Shown in pieces: positions 53,089 to 64,000 of a stretch of 64,000 nt of DNA. Source of the stretch: Bigelowiella natans CCMP2755 (Eukaryota > Protista > Cercozoa). Made by a program: the position numbers and the translations under genes. The notes below the pieces were generated by a model. It saw nothing but the letters and a program-made list of their open reading frames with translations. It had not been told where the DNA came from and did no database searches. The DNA lies in contig ADNK01000421.1 in NCBI GenBank assembly GCA_000320545.1, positions 62,001 through 126,000 of the forward strand, given 5' to 3'. Each line of letters begins with the position of its first letter. The stretch's first letter is position 1.

Positions 53089-53517
53089 ATGTCCGGAAAA
53101 GGAAAAGGAGGCCGAGGAAAAGGCAAAGCCGTCAAGGCAACCACCCGCTCTGCTCGTGCAGGACTTCAGTTCCCTGTGGGACGTATCTCTCGATTCTTGC
53201 GCAAGGGACGCTACGCTACCCGTGTTGGAGGTGGAGCTCCTGTGTACCTCGCAGCTGTCCTCGAGTACCTCACCGCTGAGATCCTCGAGCTTGCAGGAAA
53301 CGCTGCTCGCGACAACAAGCGATCCCGTATCATCCCTCGTCACGTTCAGCTTGCTATCCGCAACGACGAAGAGCTTAACAAGCTTCTCGGAGACGTGACC
53401 ATTGCAGCAGGAGGTGTTCTTCCAAACATCCACGCAGTTCTTCTTCCTAAGAAGAAGGCTTCCACTTCTGCTCCTAAGAAGTCCAAGAAGAGCAAGAAGA
53501 AAAAGGGAAGAAAGTAA
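53089..53517 (+). CDS. H2A: Histone H2A with a Lys-rich C-terminal tail, intronless
   Basis: [72 protein letters not shown]. Confidence 0.99.
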   Translation: MSGKGKGGRGKGKAVKATTRSARAGLQFPVGRISRFLRKGRYATRVGGGAPVYLAAVLEYLTAEILELAGNAARDNKRSRIIPRHVQLAIRNDEELNKLLGDVTIAAGGVLPNIHAVLLPKKKASTSAPKKSKKSKKKKGRK

Positions 53518-53559
53518 ATTGCCCTCTTGCTTACACACAACAAGAACAAAACAACAATC

Positions 53560-53579
53560 GGTGTATCATTACACCACCA
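53560..53579 (+). promoter_or_regulatory. Histone mRNA 3' stem-loop (H2A)
   Basis: GGTGTA-TCAT-TACACC-ACCA preceded by an A/C-rich run, about 42 nt after the stop. Confidence 0.85.
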
Positions 53580-53809
53580 AAATCTTCGGAACCCTGTGTC
53601 AACTTCTATTAGCATATATTTAATCCTTACACTGTGTGAAAATGGAGCCATCTTGCTCCCATGATCATGCCCATTCTCTCGACCTATAATGTATGGCACC
53701 AACTCACAAATCCCATATCTATGAATGCATCGTCTCCAAAATTACTTAGGCAACGAGAGTCGCGTTCTCCCGTTATCATGATAGTTAATACCCGCACCAA
53801 GCCCATAAG

Positions 53810-54300
53810 GGAGTGGTAGCTTCTCGCAAGCGTGCACTGTAGCACTGCTAGACTGTCTCCATGCTAGCATGTCCTATAGTACGTTATTAGTAGTGTCGTC
53901 CACGCACACGTCATGTGTAGAGAGCTCTAGAGCTGTGTGCATGGCGGCTAGATCGATGGCAACACGTCTGTGATACGTACGTGCATGCGATGCGCTCATC
54001 GAAACCAAACTCTATAGCTAGACTGGTAGTAGAGTTAGCGCATGCGCATGTGCGTGCATGCGATGCGCATCCTCGTCACACACACATCTCTAGCTACGCT
54101 GTAGCTAGCTAGTCAAGATCTCTAGATCGTAGCATACGTACATATCTAGATATGCATGCATGCTAGCATGGCACACGCTAGCACGCAGCACGCCGTCGTA
54201 CGTCCGTATACTCGTCTCGTAGCTAGGTAGATGTCTCTAGGTCTAGCTAGCAGCTAGAGATGCACACATGCTAGGCTAGCGTGTATAGCATAGATGTCTC
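53810..54300. repeat. CTAG/palindrome-rich block 8 at a convergent junction
   Basis: gcactgctagactgtctccatgctag (53842) resembles gcactgctagactgctccatgtag (3194); agagctctagagct; catgcatgctagcatg. Confidence 0.82.
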
Positions 54301-54912
54301 CTTTCAGTCGTTTCCTTTACTAAGGAGACATTGAAAAGGAAACTGAAAGCACACAACAAAACAATCATGCGGAACGCCGAATTGAACTTCAAAACTAATT
54401 GGAAGAAAGAGGGAACCAAGGCCATGCATTTGAAAAAACTTGATTTCTTGCCTGGCTCTCGGACAACAGGAATCACATTGAAGCTGCCAAGCATTGCCAC
54501 ATCATGGATGCGCGCCATCTGTGGTGTTGGCAATCTTGGTGCATTCATGCTGTCCAGAGGACAACGCACAAAACTGGAAGCAACATGCGATGTGTGCAAC
54601 ACATTGCAAGACATGGACCACATTCTGCAATGCAGGAAATACGGACCACAGCGACTCAGAATCAACAAACAACTGACAGCGATCATGGATCGCAATGACG
54701 AGACCACGCGTCTCACAACCGCAGAGAAAACAAGTCGAGAAGCTGCGCGCAAAGCGCGCCATGCTAGACCAAAACAGGATGCATTTTCATGCATGCGCCA
54801 TGTGACCAAGGAAACAAATAGATACAATTTAAGCGCTGTAGCGGCTGCATTGCACAGCTACATTAGGATGACCATTGAAACAATTTAAACATTTCATTAC
54901 ATCCGTCTCATA
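54300..54912 (+). mobile_element. 5'-truncated non-LTR retrotransposon (LINE) ORF2 C-terminus, TpA-depleted
   Basis: ORF 54331-54888 has a CCHC knuckle CDVCNTLQDMDHILQC and ends ..KETNRY.., like I/Tad-group ORF2 ends. The stop is followed by ttacatccgtc. Three related 3' ends lie elsewhere in the window. Confidence 0.8.
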
Positions 54913-55297
54913 GATTATGAGATTTCTAGATTTGTTTGTCACAAAATCCGCATGCATGGATTGTCGAAGGAAGACAATTAATAAATCAAAACAAAATTAC
55001 TCATACGTACGCTACGGCGCTATATATATCTATTTTCATACATGCTCATGCATCATTCTCTATAATATTACATGTGCACAATTCATATAAGGAATATAAA
55101 ATGCATCAAAATTCTTGCATGCTTACATACTGAGTAGTCGCATCGGATCATATGCTAGTGCATCTACCCCCTGTAAGCATGCTAGCATGTACAAATCCGA
55201 AGTATCCTAGATGTTGCTTGCTCTAGTTCTTAATGATAAAGCTGGGATGTTCTTAAACTGGCAACGGTCCATTAATTCGCAGTTCTTTAGATTTTAT

Positions 55298-57969
55298 CTA
55301 CAGCGAAGAACTGATGATCCGTTTTGCGTTTTGCTTCATTACCTTGATCGCATCTACATAAAAATAAAAGGCACTGTGGAGACGATACACATACAATATA
55401 CATACTCTATTTCATGTACCAATCCTGATACTATTTGAAAGTCCATTACCTCTCATCATCTCGTCGATGATCTGCTTAGCAGGCTGAACGTTTTTGATGG
55501 CCCCAGCAACCTTTTATGAGGGGAAAATGGAAATTTGTTGGACACACTTCAGATTCGCTGATATATGATAATGATTATCAATGTAAAAGGAGACTAAAAG
55601 CTTATTCAGCTTCGCAAAGAAATTAGCACCTGTCCCATGAGAAGTGGCATAGCATCAACTTGTTCTTCGAACGTCAACTCACGACCAGACTTCTTCAATT
55701 CTTCAAGGTCCTTTTCGTAAGGTAGCTTTCCCTTTGCGCACAGCTCCTTAATCTCCTCGGAACTACAGTATGGGAATAACATCTCACAGTTGCTTTTATG
55801 CACACATAACAGCACATGTAGTACCGATTAGTCTCCCAGTCCATGACAAATTTCCCCTTCTTTATGCGCAGGGGTCGGCCAGTATAGATTAGTGTTCGAA
55901 TCGTATCTGAGGGACAGATAGTCACATCAGGTAAGAGTTGTATATGCACACTGCATACTATATTCTAACGGATTATTCAAGAATTATTATCGGAAATTCG
56001 TTTCTTTAGTTATTATCATCCGTAAATATCAATCACAACATAATGCAAAGGAAAATTGTAGCCGTAGTATTTCCATAATTTAAACCCCATAAACGCATAT
56101 ATTTCGCGGGTTTTAGTCGATCAAAGTTGACACTGGAAGGACGAACAATTTTGAAGATTACATTAAATGCACTCCACACCATTGTTGATATTTTCATATT
56201 CCAGACTCACCATGATATCCGCAGTCAACAACTCCTTTCTTGTGGCGTGGGGGTGCACCTGAGTCGCGAGTTGAATAGATATATTCGTAAGAAAGATTTA
56301 AAACAAGAAAATGAATAAAAAGCACCACATGAACCACAAACGTATCCACACATCATCAAATACTCACCTGCTTCCTCTGACGCAACGAATCTAGTTCCAA
56401 CCCATACGGCCTCAGCTCCAAGAGCAAGAGACATTGCAAGACCTCTCCCATCGAAGATTCCTCCTAATTGATGTGAAGCATAAAACTTCTTCAAAACATC
56501 TCGTGCATATAAACATCGTTTCTTCAACTTTTCCTTGCCCGACTACCTGCAGCAACAACATAGATAGGCTGCCCCGTCAGCTTTGACTTATGGCCTTTGC
56601 ACAAGTCCACCACTGAGGGAATCAAAATGCTAGTTGCAACGTCCCCTGAATAGTTAGTAAGAACTCTCATTAGCTTCACAAAGAAGAGATGCATCGAAAG
56701 TCTTTAGAGAATCAAATACCTGTATGACCACCTCCTTCACCGCCTTGCGCACAAATGATATCAACTCCTGCCGCTAGGCAGTACTTCACATGCTGTGCAA
56801 CAACACAACACGACGAGATCCTCAGCCAGATGGAAGGCAATAAGTAGTTTATAACAGCATCGGTAAGATGTTTTAAGAGCATTCTAACATAACGTCATGG
56901 AACCACTTCTCGATATCTATGCACGTAGGAGTTGTCACGTCATATGTGATAAACCTTTGGAGAGCCAATCATGTTCATGACGAGAATCCCAGCTTTGTGG
57001 CACTTTTCCACCACCCACTTTGGAGGTACACCGACAGCGGAGACAAAGAGCTTTGCTCCGGATTCGATAATAATATCCATCAACTCTGGCAACTTCCCAT
57101 GAGTATAATCGTAGTTAGTCTTGCGAGCTCCAGCGCCAACCTTAAAACAGATATCGGGAGCAAGAGCTCATGAACTGTATTCTTCATTTATACAGATACA
57201 GAATTGCCAACTAGAACTATCTATTCCTTATCCAAGAATAATAATACGTAGGTTATTCACTTATATGGACAACATCCTTGTGTTTCAGTTGTCTGTCGAC
57301 TGATTCTCACAAGTACATAGTCTGTACAAGTAAGCGCCCAGATGACAATAGCTATCTGGCACGATTTGGAAGCCCTGAAGTCACCACTGATAGGCGCGCA
57401 GGGGGCAAAACGTGCATGTCATGCTCACTTAGTTACGCTGATGTATCCTCCAAAAAAAATGTGATAAAATAAATTATATGGCAGTCGAGGAGTCAGTAGC
57501 GATCGGGTTGCGACGACACTCACATCCGTCACGCCTTCTTCCCTCTAAAGCGCAGTAGTTACACAACCTTGGGGAGGAGAAGATCAACTCCAAAGGGAGC
57601 ACTCTTGTCAACAAGATCCTCTTTCAGTTCATCGATCGTCTCTTTGAGCTAACACACACAAATTCATGATTAGTCCGATCGAAATCAACTTACTTTCTCA
57701 GGAAACTAGAAGTGTGTGCTGAACAATGCTGTGAGGTATCTCACCATTTCTGGGGTGTAATTGACACCGCCAATAACTCCAAGGCCACCAGCATTAGTAA
57801 CTGCAGCAGCAAGAGCGGGTCCAGCTGCCACATTCATGCCAGCAAGCATGATGGGATGCTTGATACCTACACCAGATCATTTCAGCTAAGGATGCTCCGA
57901 TGTCAGGCGTTATTTGAAAATGTACTCACCAAGAAGCTTTGTGAGCGGAGTAGCGATTGTTTCGGACAT
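55298..57969 (-). CDS. Nitronate monooxygenase / 2-nitropropane dioxygenase-like flavoprotein (multi-exon), possible PTS1
   Basis: MSETIATPLTKLLGIKHPIMLAGMNVAAGPALAAAVTNAGGLGVIGG, PFGVDLLLP, AQGGEGGGHTG, VVAAGGIFDGRGLAMSLALGAEAVWVGTRF, YTGRPLR, LMGQVAG; ends ..IISSSL*. Confidence 0.9.
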
Positions 57970-58666
57970 TGTCAACGGCTTTTGCAACGTATCTGCCAAG
58001 AAGTTATAGTTAGACACAAGTGCGGTTGTGCTTCATAACTCGTTACCTCCTTACCTTTCAACAGTGCTGCTGGATTTTTAGGGGTGCGGAAGGACAGCCT
58101 CTTATAAGACCAAAGTCTATCCTAATGGCTCAATATTATTAAATCCAGGTAGAACGCAGGGCATTTTCATACATTTGTCTCGCCTCGATCCTGGCTGTAT
58201 GGTGCTGACAGGATACTACAATGATCTGTATGTGATCACCGACAGCAACTCATGCATGTCGCAGATACTAAATCACTGTAATTTTATGTGTAATCGAGAT
58301 AGCTGACCACTGCCACTTGCTGCTCAGAGTAGACGTGCAGGAGGACGTGAATGGGAGTTGCGACTTAATAAACAGCTCTCACTATATCAAGGTACCCCTC
58401 CTTTACTGAAGCGATCTCATGGAAATCTCGGGAGATATTATTTATTCCTTCTCGAACTTTGCCGGCGGAGTCGGCTGATTGCGCCAAGAGATGGAGGAAC
58501 TTTCTCCTTATTCGGCGAGCCGAGTCTCGGAACTTTCTAGCATGAGTGAGACGTCAGTGCATCGCATTTCAATGTGAAACAGCCGTAAAACCTTGTCGCA
58601 GATCATTATTATCATCGGTTTTTCGTATCTGCACTCCCAATCCCCCGTGCCAGCCCCTTGGGAAGA

Positions 58667-59764
58667 ATGATGGGCGAGGGAGAGAAGGTTACCTATGAAC
58701 CAGTCCAGGATGAGGGGAAGGGTTATGAGACCCGCGGAAAGAGGAGTAGGAGTCCTACACTAACTGAGGTTGAAGCAAAAAAGAGACAAATGACTATGCA
58801 AAGTAGCGATGGATGTAGCGTCGCTCCGACTTCAAGACCACGATATCAGCTTCTTCGTTCAATGAAGGAGACATTGAAAGGTAAACTATACCTTGCACGG
58901 CAAGTATTCGCTGATGGTCGCGAAGAGCTTGTAGTTATCAAAATTAGCAACTTGGAATCAGACATTAAGACGCTAGAGGATCCCATGATGGAAGCTAGTA
59001 TTCTGAAGCATCTGCAGCGCGCGCGTGACTGCCCGGGTAAGCAGCATGTATGCAGGATTATGGATGCTTTTAAAACGGAGGTTATCGTTGACAAGAACTC
59101 AAAGAAGAAGTGTAAGCAGCTCTGGACTGTCCTAGAGTTAATCAAGGGTTCTGACGTGTTCGACCACGTTAAGAAATACGGCTGTGGAGGCGAACTTGCA
59201 AGGGCATTGTTCAGACAAATTGTAACGGGGGTGAGATTTCTACACAAATGTGGAGTGGCACATATGGACATTTCGCTAGAAAACATTATGGTCACACGCA
59301 GGCCTGGTGATGATGCGACTCTTGTGGTGAAATTGATTGATTTTGGGATGGCTGTCGACGTCAACACAACCGACCTAGGAGGGGTCCGTGGTAAACCGTT
59401 GTATGTTGCTCCAGAAGTCTTGCACGCTTATACCAATAACCTTCACAAATTGGTGGATGGAGAGAAGAATCTTGAACTAGATGCACGTGCGGCAGACGTG
59501 TATTCATTAGGCGTCATCCTATTCATCCTCGCGACCGGTGGGACTCCTCCCTATGAGAGTGTGGACGAGGAAGACCGTGCTTTCGTTTACCTCTGGACAA
59601 GGGGCAAAGACGGAATCAAAGACCTACTTGAAATGTGGGAAAAATCAATGAGTGAGGATGCCCTGGATCTTGTTAGCAACATGCTCTGCCCAGTAAATCG
59701 CCGATGGACCTTAGCTGACATTGCGAATCATCGCTACGTCAGTCGTAACAACGACAAACCTTAA
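58667..59764 (+). CDS. Ser/Thr protein kinase, CAMK-like with HMDISLEN catalytic loop, intronless
   Basis: VVIK, EASIL, HMDISLENIM, LIDFG, GKPLYVAPE, DVYSLGVILF; the Gly-rich loop is reduced to ETLKG. Confidence 0.92.
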   Translation: MMGEGEKVTYEPVQDEGKGYETRGKRSRSPTLTEVEAKKRQMTMQSSDGCSVAPTSRPRYQLLRSMKETLKGKLYLARQVFADGREELVVIKISNLESDIKTLEDPMMEASILKHLQRARDCPGKQHVCRIMDAFKTEVIVDKNSKKKCKQLWTVLELIKGSDVFDHVKKYGCGGELARALFRQIVTGVRFLHKCGVAHMDISLENIMVTRRPGDDATLVVKLIDFGMAVDVNTTDLGGVRGKPLYVAPEVLHAYTNNLHKLVDGEKNLELDARAADVYSLGVILFILATGGTPPYESVDEEDRAFVYLWTRGKDGIKDLLEMWEKSMSEDALDLVSNMLCPVNRRWTLADIANHRYVSRNNDKP

Positions 59765-60499
59765 TAATGAGAACAAATAATTGTGAAAAATGACACGCCG
59801 ATAAAGTGAACCTCTAGACCTGTTGACGACACAAGTCCAACCGGGGATCGAGGTCCAAATAGCGGCAAGCACGCAGCAAAATCTTGACCTAGAAGACAGA
59901 ACAAAGAAGCCGACGACACATGTTGACACACACATAATACGTTGGGAATCTAACCTGTCGTCGACGCAACGGTGGTACATTAATTCAAAGTTTATTCTAC
60001 TTAATTAATGATTTACACCGCCTTGTGACCAGATAAAATAATTTATGAACGAATTACACAAAATACATAGTGTGTACCCATTATCCGCTACTTTGAGTGC
60101 CCTCTCTTCCTACATGCCGGGTGGTGACGATAGTAGAACCCGTACTTTCTCGCCATCAAATCTGTGGTCTATCAGATATTATGCTTCCTTCCGCTGAGAA
60201 AAAAAGATAAAAAATAAAATCATATTCGTCACTTTTGAGAATATGCTTGGAAGTTTAAGACAAGCCTAAGACTTTGATTCGGCGGCGGTTCTCCGGCTCG
60301 CTGCGTAGTTGAATTTGTAGCGATGTATGTGGACGGTTATTTCTTATGTCCCCCCGATGTCGCTGCCACGACCTGCTGGCTCAAGGTGCCATCGCACATT
60401 ACAGGGGAATGTGCTTACAAAACGTAGATGTGAGAACGTAGAAACAATAACTTGTTTAACGCCACATCATCTAATGTCACGATTCGTAAGATAATTGAC

Positions 60500-60790
60500 C
60501 GACTGCATGGTGGCACAACTGACGATGCAAAAAAATAGCTTTTAGATGTATGGCTATGCGTTGCCGCATTCTAGCATTGCTCGTAAGTATACGGATACGT
60601 CTAGATGTCTTGTACTAGTGTATACTGCCGCGAGACGATGCGCATCTCACTTATTGGATTCGATTCGCGCAGCAGGACTAGAGGGCATGCTAGCGCACCT
60701 TGCACCGAGTGTACTATAGAACGCTGCGCCATGTGTTGCCAACATTCTCTAGTGCTAGCATGCGTCATCTTCGATACTAACAAATCTAAT
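60500..60790. repeat. CTAG/palindrome-rich block 9 at a convergent junction
   Basis: GCAGGACTAGAGGGCATGCTAGC at 60672-60694 (variant of the 3257 motif); ctctagtgctagcatgc. Confidence 0.7.
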
Positions 60791-60999
60791 GTATACGTAA
60801 AACGAAGTTATTCAAATACTGGAACCTAGTTCGCCTTGTACGACAGAAAGCCGTTAGTAGTGAAACCCATTATCAAGCATTCATAAAGTTCCTAATCTAG
60901 TAATTGGCATTATATTTTACGTCTTCAGATGGTTGTTCGTTGAGTATTCCCCTGGATCTTCCAAAATCACCAGCCTTTCCACTCATACTATTGCCTTTC

Positions 61000-61501
61000 T
61001 CATGAAGCATATTGCAGCAACTCGAACGGGTTTGATGTCGTCGTCGGCTTTGAGGATTCAGGCTGTTGGTACAGGCAAATAACAGTCAATTTTCATCATT
61101 ACAAACAGCACCCAATGTTTCAAATAACCTTCTTCAGAGGAATTTTCCTGAACTCAGGAACATATGGGATGGCTTCCTTTTCGGTCTTTTTCTTGCCTGA
61201 TTTCCTACGGTCTCTCCTACGGCCTCCCTCGTGTGCACTGCTGCCACCAGCACCATCTTTATTCTTAGTTCCCCTCCGAGCACCACGACCGCCTTGTCCT
61301 TGTCCACCATTTTGAGATTCATCTGAGCTACTCTTCCCTCTTCGTCCCCCTCTTCCACGACCTCTCCCCCTTTTTAATATGCAGTCGCTTATCAGTTTAA
61401 ACGAAAACTACCTCTCCCTCCCCCCTCCCCTCCCCACAAGTATGATGTGTGTGTGTGTGTGTGTGTACAAATTAGTGAAAATGCACGCTTTTCGCGATCA
61501 A

Positions 61502-61534
<33 letters not shown>

Positions 61535-62783
61535 CATCATCATCAGGTGTCTTTGATATCATGCGAGCAATCTTCTGAATCACCTTCTGCCACTGCCGCG
61601 GCGGCCATATCCACGTTGTTCCTTATGTGTGGATTCCTTTTTCTTTTTAGCCTCCTCCGCATCTTTTTTTTTGCGCTCGGCCAGAATTTCCTCTCGTGGC
61701 CTCGCTGCACCAAAGGGATTTATCTTTTCCTATGAAGATACCCACCAGAAGTAGTAGGAACAGTGCAAACAAATAGCATGATGGTCATTCAACACCAGTA
61801 TTTAGACAAAAATGTGTGTCAGTAGTACTGATTTATTTACCGTGGCTTTCACTGGAGATTCCTCTCGAACGGGACCCTTATAGCGGAAGTGAGTCCCCCC
61901 CCCCCCCCTGCCACCCCGCCTTCCACGTCGTCCACCTCCCCCCCCGCTGTCGCGGCGAGAGTTTCCCCTGTCACCACGGTATCCTCGTCTATTCTCATCC
62001 CTGGGTGCTTTATCTTGAGCTACATCTACACGAATAATGCGGCCTCTGTAATTCTGTTAGAAATAAGGACATTGCGTCGAAAACGATGTCAGAGGCCCAT
62101 TATCGATCATGGAGAAAAGTCTAATAGATTTGTCTCTCTTCGCATACCATTCCATTGCAGCCAAGAGCCTCCTTGAGATCATCGAGGGTTTCAAATTCAA
62201 CATAACCGAAGCCTTTGAACTTGCCGGTGTTCCGGTTTTCCACTAATCGAATATTAACGATATTGCAGCGTGCAAATATGTCCTCCACGACATTCTCATG
62301 GTTAATGCTATGGGGGAGATTGCCCACAAAGGCCTTGTAAGGTGGGCCAGTCGGAAGCTCAGCCGTTTCATTAGATCTCCCTCCACCGCCATTACCACTC
62401 CCATTGCGGCTACGATAACTGTTTTTGCGACTTCCACGATCAGTGCGGGGAGGGGGGGGTCCAGTTGATGATGGATGCTCAGTCGCCTATTCATGTAATA
62501 TTAACTCGCTCACTGTCACCATGACTGCAATGTCGTTGTTGGTAGTACCTCTCCAACAGCAGGTGGGTCACTTTTGTCTTCATCCTCTACTACGTTTGCC
62601 TTGGATACTTCTTTATCAGCAGGTACGTGCTTTTCTATTTCTATATCTGACAATATATATACACATGTATATATTACGCATATGATTTTAGTGATCTACA
62701 TTCAGCTATCACGCCAGCACTATTATCTGGATATATTCTGATCTCTATTATAACATACCATCGTCAGCCCAATTTCCAATCAT
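61000..62783 (-). CDS. EIF4B: Eukaryotic translation initiation factor 4B-like (RRM), multi-exon
   Basis: MIGNWADD start; LPTGPPYKAFVGNLP..KFKGFGYVEFETLDDLKEAL; INPFGAARPREEIL; terminal SNPFELLQYAS*. Confidence 0.83.
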
Positions 62784-63469
62784 GCTGCTTTACTCTGATA
62801 AGCCAAAGAAAAATGCTTCCACTCAGGGACTAAGATTTCAAAATCGAAAAGTTATTCCATGCCATCGTACCGATTGTTGCGATCGTACGTTGACTGTGGT
62901 TGGGGGGATGATTACCCTCCCTAAGATTCTCTTTCTTGCTTCACACTTCTCTGTAGTATTATGCAACAAACCTTAATCCTCAACACAATCATTTGAAAGC
63001 ATCTTTCGGAGGTATGGCGGAAGCAAGCGAAGCTTCCAACGGAGGCTACGCTTGACGATTGGCATCAACATTCTACTGTAAATAAGCGAACGAAAGCAGC
63101 CGCTTTTGCAACATTGACATCTTTATCAAAACAACATTCTTCAACTCGCTAATCTTCTCCCTCTCTCTCTCCCACCCCACTACCGGATGTGCCCTGCGAT
63201 TTGTGTCTCTGCGACATAGAAGTGAGCAGAAAGGAAGTCTTCTCTAAAAGAATTCCACATAATTTGAAGTTAAGACTTCAATATTTTCCTATGTATAACT
63301 AAAACTAGCAAAATATTTTTTTCCCTGAGCCATCCTGAAGGGATGACTTTTTTGTTGCGAATTGGCCGGGGATTGGAGGGTCTCACAATGTCGTTAGTGC
63401 CTGCCACTACGGTAGTGACCGGTGTTCAGGAGCAATGTGGAACAATAATGGCTTTTTTATGGATTTTAG

Positions 63470-64000
63470 ACGCATGACGAGCTGTTTTTGCAACAATCGA
63501 CATCGCATTCATGATTCTTGGGAAGTGTGGATGAGTTGTGATCCTTGCCAGCTTGCATTGTTTAGTTTGACACACAATGGTGGACAATTCACTTTCGGTT
63601 TGGTTGACACCGTTGAGAATCCGGCAACATCAGCGCATTCAGTGATGCAGGTTCTGTTCAACCTTGTTCCTGAACAATTCTTCTTCTTCTTCCTTGGAAC
63701 CAGCTCCAGAGCTTCGGCTTCGCTCACTCGTTCACTCCCTTTCGTTCAAACCAGTTTGTCGCACGTGACGCACGTTGAACACTGCAGGAGTGCAAAAGGC
63801 GCGGCAACCAGTGCGCTCCATGGCACGGTGCCTCTTCTGCCACATCTAGACGTGCAAACACTCATTTCACTTCCTTTCTTTCTTGCTCATTCGCTTGTTT
63901 GCTTGTTTGCACGTTGTGCAGTCTTCTTTCACGCCACGCACACTGGCACGCTCCAGCGCTAGCTGGCTAGCACGATGCCATTGCAGGGCGGTGCACAGGC
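63470..64000. other. TpA-depleted relic (probable mutated repeat/TE) running into another CTAG block at the window edge
   Basis: Only 2 TpA by manual count in 63481-63959 (in TTAG and CTAG); ends in gctagctggctagc. Confidence 0.6.

Noticed and set aside
52989-53089. Nucleomorph/periplastid-targeted H2A presequence
   Set aside because: No in-frame signal-peptide extension upstream of MSGKGK; it looks like a host-nuclear histone.
54331-54810. Classical RIP or CpG-deamination decay as the cause of the compositional bias
   Set aside because: RIP enriches TpA and CpG decay depletes CpG; here TpA is lost and CpG is retained.
54276-54827. 183-aa minus-strand ORF opposite the LINE fragment
   Set aside because: Open only because TpA loss removes TAA/TAG stops on both strands.
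63595-63625. Possible LTR end plus tRNA-Met primer-binding site (ctcaac ggtgtca on the minus strand)
   Set aside because: Only a partial match to TGGTATCAGAGC even allowing TA->TG; no second LTR or gag/pol visible.
63435-63962. 175-aa plus-strand ORF as a host gene
   Set aside because: Tyr-free, no recognisable domain, and lies in the TpA-erased tract; likely an artefact of stop-codon depletion.

Overview
Gene-dense, intron-rich eukaryotic nuclear DNA with microsatellite-filled GT-AG introns. Nucleus-encoded plastid proteins with a signal peptide plus transit peptide point to an alga with a secondary plastid, most likely a chlorarachniophyte (inference). I reconstruct about 18 protein-coding loci by hand: TBL1/HOS15-like WD40 (+), NCBP3 apparently fused to a TRF4/Cid1-type nucleotidyltransferase (-), F-box+cyclin (+), KNS3/At5g58100-like (-), FTR catalytic chain (+), coiled-coil protein (-), lumenal FKBP (+), secreted saposin-like protein (-), 7TM-RGS (+), CLAMP/C1a-32-like (-), atypical MAPK (+), BAR-SH3 (-), SCYL1 (+), H4 (-), H2A (+), nitronate monooxygenase-like (-), CAMK-like kinase (+) and eIF4B (-). 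The main signal is architectural. Genes alternate strand throughout. All nine convergent (tail-to-tail) junctions, and none of the eight divergent ones, carry a 0.3-0.9 kb block rich in CTAG/CATG/TGCA/AGCT palindromes, and several blocks share a GCAGGCTAGCAGGG motif. DNA in or next to these blocks shows strong TpA loss, apparently TA->CA/TG (the reverse of fungal RIP). Four 3' ends of one LINE family abut the blocks in a consistent orientation. Together this suggests a DNA-modification/mutation system acting at transcription-termination zones. Gene boundaries are manual and approximate; family assignments rest on motif recognition, not database searches.
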